Assembly: GCA_012295275.1 (NCBI GenBank)
Contig: CM022675.1
Location: forward strand, 3,348,001-3,412,000
Length of the DNA stretch: 64,000 bases
Reading direction: 5' to 3'
DNA from: Chrysomallon squamiferum
Lineage: Eukaryota; Animalia; Mollusca
Positions 1 through 64,000 of this stretch are shown piece after piece. Position numbers and translations under genes: made by a program. Each line of letters begins with the position of its first letter. Position 1 is the first letter of the stretch. The notes beneath the pieces were generated by a model. It made no database searches. It had not been told where the DNA came from and saw nothing but the letters and a program-made list of their open reading frames with translations.

Positions 1-207
1 AATAAGTAAATGACACAAAGAGATTGTTTTGTTATTGTGATGTGTAATGTAAACTCAGGCAATGGTTTGAACAAATCACTGGATTATCTGAAAGAATTAA
101 GAGATTATGTGATTTGTTAAAAGACTTTCTGTTGCTGAATGTGTAAGTAAGTATTTACCAATTACTGTTGGTTATGTTTTAGAAAAAAAATGTTCTTGTT
201 TTAGTGA

Positions 208-245
<38 letters not shown>

Positions 246-1265
246 ATATATATATAAAGGAACATGATTTAAATCAAAAATAAGAAAACAAGCCAGAAAA
301 GTAATTTGATATTAACAATTTTAATATTGACATCAAAAATAAAACTTATTATTATTATTAATTTTTTTCTAAAAAGCATGAAAGAAAGAAAATCCACAGG
401 AAATAAAAGAAAAGAAAAAGAAAAAAAACCTGTACAACTGACTTCAACAATTTCCATAAAGATTTGAAAAAAAAAAACAATACAACAAACAAAACAACTG
501 CTAAATTGATATGCTACATGTAAGTATGAAGGGGAAAACACCAATTGTTCTTTTTTTTTTTTTTTTTCAATATTTAAAAACAAAACCACTACATTAACTT
601 CATTCTGTTTATATAATATAATAATCCAAGCAGCAATATCCTATCTTTTATACAAGTAAGCCAAACGCAAACCAACTAACAATTCAATGACAAAATGTGT
701 ATGCAAATGAAATAGAAAAATACTGAAGCACAGAAGTATAAATGTTCCACAAAATTTACTTCATAATAATAAATAAACATTTAAACCAAACGCACAGTTT
801 TATAACTTTTTTTTCTTTTTTTCTTTTTTTTTAATAAGCAAAAAAATTTACAGAACAAAACACGACAATACTTAAGTGAAAAATTCCTGAAGATTTTCAT
901 GAGAAAATCAAATTTTATTAAAACCTGTGGACAAAAAAAAAAAAAAAAAAAAGAAAAAGAAATATAGAAAAGCCTGTTAGTTGAAATCAAAATCAAAATC
1001 AAAATATTCAGTTACAAACTGCTCATGCTTACTCATAATGAAAATGTGAGTACTCACATTATTACAAGAAAGATGGGGAAAGCACAAATTGTTTCATTAT
1101 TTATTTAAAAAATATATAAAAAAAAAAAACCCCAACATTATTAACATTATTAACAATTACAACAAGAAAAAGCCAACAATTTTTATTTTTAAAAATCTAA
1201 TACAATTCCCTAATTAGTGCAACTAGAATTCCAAGACTGAAATAATGATAATAATAATAATAATG

Positions 1266-1323
<58 letters not shown>

Positions 1324-2086
1324 TAATAATTTTTTAATCTGAAGAAAAATTAAGAACCCAAGCCTTCTGGTTTGATCATCACTTTAAATCTCTCTCTGTC
1401 TTTTTCATATGTTGACATTTAAAAATGTATTTGCTATTTTTGTTTCATTTTTTAATTTTTTTTTTTTTTTTTATTTTTCTGGCTAACATAATCCTGATAT
1501 ATAAAACAATTATTTCTTTAGCACTGTTTTATCATTATTCTAACCGCTGACATTAAAAATATTTTTTAAAAGAAAACTAACGACAAAACTCAACAAAGAA
1601 ATTAGAATAATTTAACTGTTTTTGTTTGTATTCATTCTGTTGTTAAGTTTTTATAGTACATTCAAAACAAATTAATACAGAGTAAATTTCTGTTAATAAT
1701 TTTAATTCAATTAAAAATAGAACAAGTAAGACATTCTGTTAAAAAAATATTTTTTTAGCAGTGTTTCACATAATTATTATCTTTTTTCTTTTCCATTTTT
1801 CTTTTCTTTTTTTTTTTTATTTATTTAAAAAAAAAATAAAAAAATAAAATATGTTATCTATATAAGAGTAAAACTACAATTTTACAGTTCCTGTTCTAAA
1901 TAAATAAATGTTGTTGAATAATTTAATATATATATATATATATAGACTTTCTTGTGTTTTCTTTATTTTTTCTTTTATCATTTTAAAATACAATTTGAAA
2001 ATCAAACTCATAAAAAATTAGAAAAAAAAAAAAGAAAACACTTGGAAAATAAAAAATAAACTTGCAGTAACAAGTAACAGTCAGAC

Positions 2087-2121
<35 letters not shown>

Positions 2122-2334
2122 GTTATCATCACCATCATCATCTTCATCATCATCATCGTAAGATTTTAAAAAGTTTTTTTACCATGACATCCTAAAAGTG
2201 TAAAAAATTTGAAAACCAATTATCTACATACACTTTCCCGTCAATAAAACTTTCTGTGTTAAACTTTACATCAAACCAGCGGCCTAGGCTTAGCTAGAAC
2301 AATTTAACGGCAACATCGTCAACAATGTGACGCC

Positions 2335-48827
<46,493 letters not shown>

Positions 48828-49158
48828 CTTTAGTCAATTGTTCGAAATTCAAAAACACAACTAAAATAATCCGAATTAATCCAGTTGAATATTTGGTTTC
48901 AAAACACTTATTTCCAAATTATTTACCGAAAATCGTTGCGGAAGTCGCTACATTGCCCCGCCGAAAACACCTTCCTTAATAACGCCGTGTGCAAAAGTCG
49001 ATCTGGTACCGTATTGTCTCGAGTTAACGCGCTATCTCTCGCCTCGTGGACAATGTTACACTGTACTTTGGATTATTGCAATAATAGAAAACATTACTTT
49101 GTTAAAACAAAATGTCCCATTGCGCATTTTAATCCGTTTTTTTGTGTTGTTGTTGTTG

Positions 49159-49196
<38 letters not shown>

Positions 49197-49630
49197 GCTA
49201 ACGGTTTAATAGCATTCTTTATTATTATTATTATTATTATTGCTAACGGTTTAATAGCATTCTATTTTTATTATTATTATTCTTTCTGTTTTGAAATAAT
49301 AACTATTCAATATAAAACGAACATATTATTTCTTTTACGTAAATAATTTGATTTTAATGTATTTTTTACTAGTTTTTCTTGGGTACTGGGACAAATGTAT
49401 TTTAATTATGTTTATGTTTATTGCTTTATATTTTTATTTTTGTTCAGATAAAATTTTATAATCAAATTGTTTCAGAGAATAACTGTAATAAATCAATCAG
49501 AAAGGATATTTTATTTTATTTTATTTCATTTTGTTGTTTGTATTCATTTACGATTTTGTTTTTCTTTTTTAATTGATTTCACTGCTTGTTTCTTTGGACT
49601 TCTTTTGAATTGATCTATCTATCTATCTAC

Positions 49631-49682
<52 letters not shown>

Positions 49683-50850
49683 ATTACTATAAATAAATAC
49701 GTAATGACGATGACGACGACTATAACTTTTCGTATTTACGTGTAGTTCAAAATGTCATTTATGTTTGTTATATAATTTTCCAGACAAAAAATTACATTTT
49801 GGTGGAAAAAAAAAAAATAATAATCATTTATCGCCGACTTAATAATAATAGTATGGCTATGTAGCATCATATATGAGCGATATAATAGTTACAGTCATCT
49901 GGGACCCCATTACCAGTCGACCTTGACCTTGACCTACGTTATAATCTTATTACAACTTAGTAATCTTTGCATATCGTGTAGAAGATTAGCAGTATCTCAT
50001 TAGATAAATCAAATAAGTAGGTTAACTCATAATAAATTTACACCGGGAGAAGACACTTTAGATCCAAATAAATCCGCCGTTTACGCGATGACGTCACGAT
50101 TTCAGAACAAAGACAGCCACCAGATAATTTTAAACAGTATTATTTTGTTGTTGTACTTCGTTAACAATTAAGATTTGACTGCAGAAAACAAATAAAAAAT
50201 AACTTGGAAGAAAACAAAAATTATTTAGACAATTTCTTCATTTCGCTTTGATAGATTATAACCAAATGTTTGTGGAATACAAAAATGTGTTCAGGGCGTC
50301 GATAAATAAAATATTTCTGTTTCCTTTCCTTAATAATGAAATCACTAACTCTCTCCAGCGGTCAGTGGATGAAAGAACATCGGGGTCTATGCGAAACAGA
50401 GGGAACTAATATTACAATTCACTGTTGTTCAACAGCATTATGAAGAGTAGGGCATACATATTTTATCTCCTGTAAAGTTCTATCGTAAACATTCCTGGAG
50501 AAAATTCAAATTTCTATATATCTACACGTCATTAAACGTACAAACATGTAGGGCACTGACAAACATTTTAAAACAAAAATTTTCATTTATTATTATTATT
50601 ATTTAATTTATTTATTTATTTATTTATTTTAAATTTTTTCTTTAATTTTTTTTTAATATATTTTCTCTGTGAATATGATTAGAGAGTTGCAAAGTTGTTA
50701 ACTTAATATTTTATTTCATAATAATCCTCCAGTAACAAATATAATTTTAATATTGGAGCCGTTTTTCGGTTTAAAACGGTATTACAAACTAATTTTGTAG
50801 ATCCTTATTCGGTAAACTCTCTGCAATGTACTTTTCGTTTACCCGCACCA

Positions 50851-50897
50851 TGACTTCCTGTGCATGCGCCCTTTTAACTTCCTCTTAATAATCAAAC
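50851..50897 (+). promoter_or_regulatory. RPL23 core promoter: ETS-like ACTTCCTG, NRF1-like TGCATGCGC, polypyrimidine TCT/5'TOP-type start CTTCCTCTT (50878-50886)
   Basis: Motifs read directly. The arrangement just upstream of the ATG is typical of metazoan ribosomal protein genes. Confidence 0.7.
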
Positions 50898-54896
<3,999 letters not shown>

Positions 54897-54916
54897 ACAT
54901 GTATTATATGGGTAGC

Positions 54917-54922
54917 AATAAA
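54917..54922 (+). terminator. RPL23 polyadenylation signal AATAAA
   Basis: 20 nt after the stop, followed by a T/GT-rich downstream element near 54953-54966. Confidence 0.75.
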
Positions 54923-57130
54923 GGGGTTGTAAAAGACTTTACTGAATTAAATCTTTGTTTTTTGTGGCATATTTAAATATGTGTGATGTTCTGTGTTCAA
55001 ACTCGCTGCACAAAAACTTGTGTATAATGTTGAGTCTATTAGTCTTAGCACTTAGTTAAGAAATTTAAAAATAATGTTCCAGAATGCAAAAAAAAAAAGC
55101 CAACTATAAATTGGTTTTTTTTGTAAATTTGGTATACCTTCAGTGTTGCTGACAAAATAATTTAAAATCATTCTTGTTTCCAACTTATTTTTTTAAACCA
55201 TCCAAATAACAAAAACACTTGAATACTGCCATTTTGCTATAAGTTTTGTCACTGCATACAGGTCTTACTGATTTTTCTTCTATCACTAGAAAAATGCAGT
55301 TTAAGTGGTGTATGTATGAGTTTTGCCTTCATAACTTAATATATTTGTCCTTTTAAGTTTTGCAATTTAATTATTGAAGTTACTGAAATGACAAATCATC
55401 TTTTATTTTGATTTAAATTAATTTTTGTATTATTGCATATAAATATTCTTAAACATTTATTTAAAAAAAATTAAATGATTTACTCTGAAAATGATTTTAC
55501 CCCCTGGAATTATTAAAGCAGAATTTGCAGAAAAACACTGCAGTGATTTCTGAAGAACCTTTATGTAAAACTGCACATTTTCACTGATGACATTGTCAGA
55601 ACTTTTCAAAACATGAACAGAAAGAAATAACTGATATATTCATTTATTAAAGAAGGGCAGATTTCACATATAGAAACATAGTAATAATTCTTTCAAAACT
55701 TAATATTCATTACCAATATACCATTTACATAATTTGTTAAAAACACTGCATATTTCAGTAATAAATTAAATATATCAAAAATAAAAAAAGTTACACACAC
55801 ATATTGTATTTGACATGATTATCTGTGGATTTACCACCACTAAAATGTTAAGAAAATGTACCAAAAGTTACTTTAAATATTTATTAATAATAAAACATTT
55901 TTATTCTCAGTGAAATTAACACAAATAAAATATATAGGTATGTGTGTATGTGTTGTGGGAAGCTGCCTTCTGAGTGAAAAAATTACCTTTTAAAACAAAT
56001 AATGTGTTTTCATTTCTTGCCACAAACTTGAGTGTTTTATAATTACAGGTAACACTTTTGTCATTTTGTATAATAACTGGCAGTGAATTTCAGTTACTTT
56101 GCAAAACACTTGGAATTTTCAATATTAGTGGTCACAAGCACTTCACGAAATCACTGATTTGTTTAGTCATTAGGCATAATATTTCGCAATTAAAATAAAA
56201 CCAAAAACATGATAAATCTAAAGTAATTCATTAGTAAATTTATTTTTAATTAAGGTTATAATAATTGGAAAGATTTGATAAATGCATTTTTAATATTAAT
56301 CTCCAATATAGATTAAAACTCGCTTGAAGTTTGTGCAACCCATAAAAAATAATCTCTCTTAAAAGGGGCACAGATCTTGTAACAATATATTTATTAAGAA
56401 AGAACAACTGCTAATCATCAAAAATATTCCACATATACACTGCAAACACAGTTTATTAAATGTTAATATATAATGTAAATTTTATTTTTGTTAACTATTT
56501 TCAGTTAAAACTGGGCATAGTTAAAAATATTGCTGAAAAATAAATACATTGGAAAATAAATTGTCCATATATATGAGATTTTGTTAGTTTGAAATGAGAT
56601 TAATTCTATTCTGGGATGTAATTTAATTGTGTTTCAAATAATACAGATAAAATTTTGTCTTTTAATTCTTAATAGTAACTTTACATGAAAGACTCTCACC
56701 TCAAAAATCCCAGTCCAGTTTGTGCGTTTAAAGTTTTGGATAATAATAATAATAATAATAATCTTCCTTTTGTTCTTCTTATTATTATAAACATAATAAT
56801 AGTAGTATCACTGCTAACAGAAAAAATTATAACAGTTATAATAATTATTATTTAACATTAATAATAAGAAGAAGATTCACAATAATCACAGAAATAGTAT
56901 TTTTCATAATAAAATTAATCAAAACTAATAATAAAAATATTTAAAACAGTAACAATGTAATTTGTTATACCATGATTAAAAAAAAGAAATGTCACAATAA
57001 CTGGTACAACAGTAAAAATTAGTGTGATCAAAATAAATAACATTTTGTTATAAATGTTAGTTTCCTGCCAAAATTTGTGTGATCAGAATAAATAACATTT
57101 TGTTACAAATGTTACAGTTTCCTACCAAAA

Positions 57131-57195
57131 CAACGGCTATTATCAGACAAAAGCAGCTCATTTTGAGTTTCACTTAAGTCATCATTCTGATGTTG
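57131..57195 (-). promoter_or_regulatory. SECIS element (type 2) in the SELENOO 3' UTR
   Basis: Minus strand reads CAAC..AGA-ATGA-T-GACTTAAGTG-AAA-CTCA-AAA-TGAG-C-TGCTTTTGTC-TGAT..GTTG: AUGA/GA core, ~10-bp helix II, unpaired AAA, apical mini-stem. Confidence 0.9.
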
Positions 57196-57677
57196 AGTAA
57201 GCTTTGAGTTCAGATCTTGTCAGTTACATAAATAACATAAAATAACACTTTTCTGAGTCATTCTGTGGAAAATTGGGTAACTAATAAAATTAAATTCAAA
57301 ACCTACAAACACATCGAACCACTGTTTTGGCATCAACTGAAAATACAGAAATATGAGACATACTGCAGTTCTTACGAAAACAAAAAAATGTGTTTAAACA
57401 ATCTGATTTAGAAAGATAAAGATTATTTTAATCTCAGCCAAGAAGTTCATGATCAAATTAAAAGAGTTTTGATATGACAGGTATATTTTCATTTAAATTG
57501 TGTACAGACACACACACACACACACAAAGACAGACACATTGAAAAATGTCCACAAGAAAAATGTTTCCAAGAAAATTCGTATTTACTGAAAAATTAATTT
57601 TTGCAGAACTAAGAAAAAAAAATTAAATTGTTATGTCAACAGAAGAATGAACTGCAGCAGATTTGTCTCACATCAGT

Positions 57678-63612
<5,935 letters not shown>

Positions 63613-64000
63613 CTGTCAAAATTCAGTTTGTTTAGTCATCAAAATAAAATACAGGTAACAAATCAAACCTGATTTCAAGTCTAAAGATTGTGGAAGGAAA
63701 AATCAAGGTGTTTATTGTCAAAATTTGATTATTTTTCTAAAACAAGTGTACATGTATCATTTTGAACAAAATGAACTAAAATTATACACAATAAACCTAA
63801 CAATATACATAGTTTTAATAAGTGGATAACTGAAAATAATGTGAATATGCATGTGTGCTTGTGCTGAAGGAACTTCAAAACCACAAAACATCCATATTCA
63901 TAATTTGCCAATTTAACTGCAATCTGCTAGTCAGTTAAATGATTTTGCTGCATTGCAGACTGGGATAGCTCATACAAACCAATGACATCAGTAAAGCAAA

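Overview
AT-rich, microsatellite-dense animal genomic DNA with three spliced genes. A lophotrochozoan, probably mollusc, origin is inferred from protein style and repeat motifs and is not proven. (1) On the minus strand, a complete Lasp/nebulin-family gene (ATG 48827 to stop 2335, 16 assembled coding exons, about 569 aa). It has an N-terminal LIM domain, about 9 nebulin modules mostly on symmetric 105-nt phase-0 exons, a Pro/Gln linker and a C-terminal SH3. It also contains a near-identical duplicated exon pair and a broken exon whose 5' half is tandemly amplified six times. (2) On the plus strand, RPL23 (5 exons, 140 aa), head-to-head with Lasp, with a TCT/TOP-like start and a candidate intronic H/ACA snoRNA. 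(3) On the minus strand, the 3' ten exons of selenoprotein O, ending K-V-T-U-S-S with an in-frame UGA and a clear type-2 SECIS about 500 nt downstream. Many exons have their own tandem or degenerate repeat array abutting the splice site, and in two genes the array copies the acceptor plus the first codons of the exon. Most ORFs in the supplied track are microsatellite artefacts.
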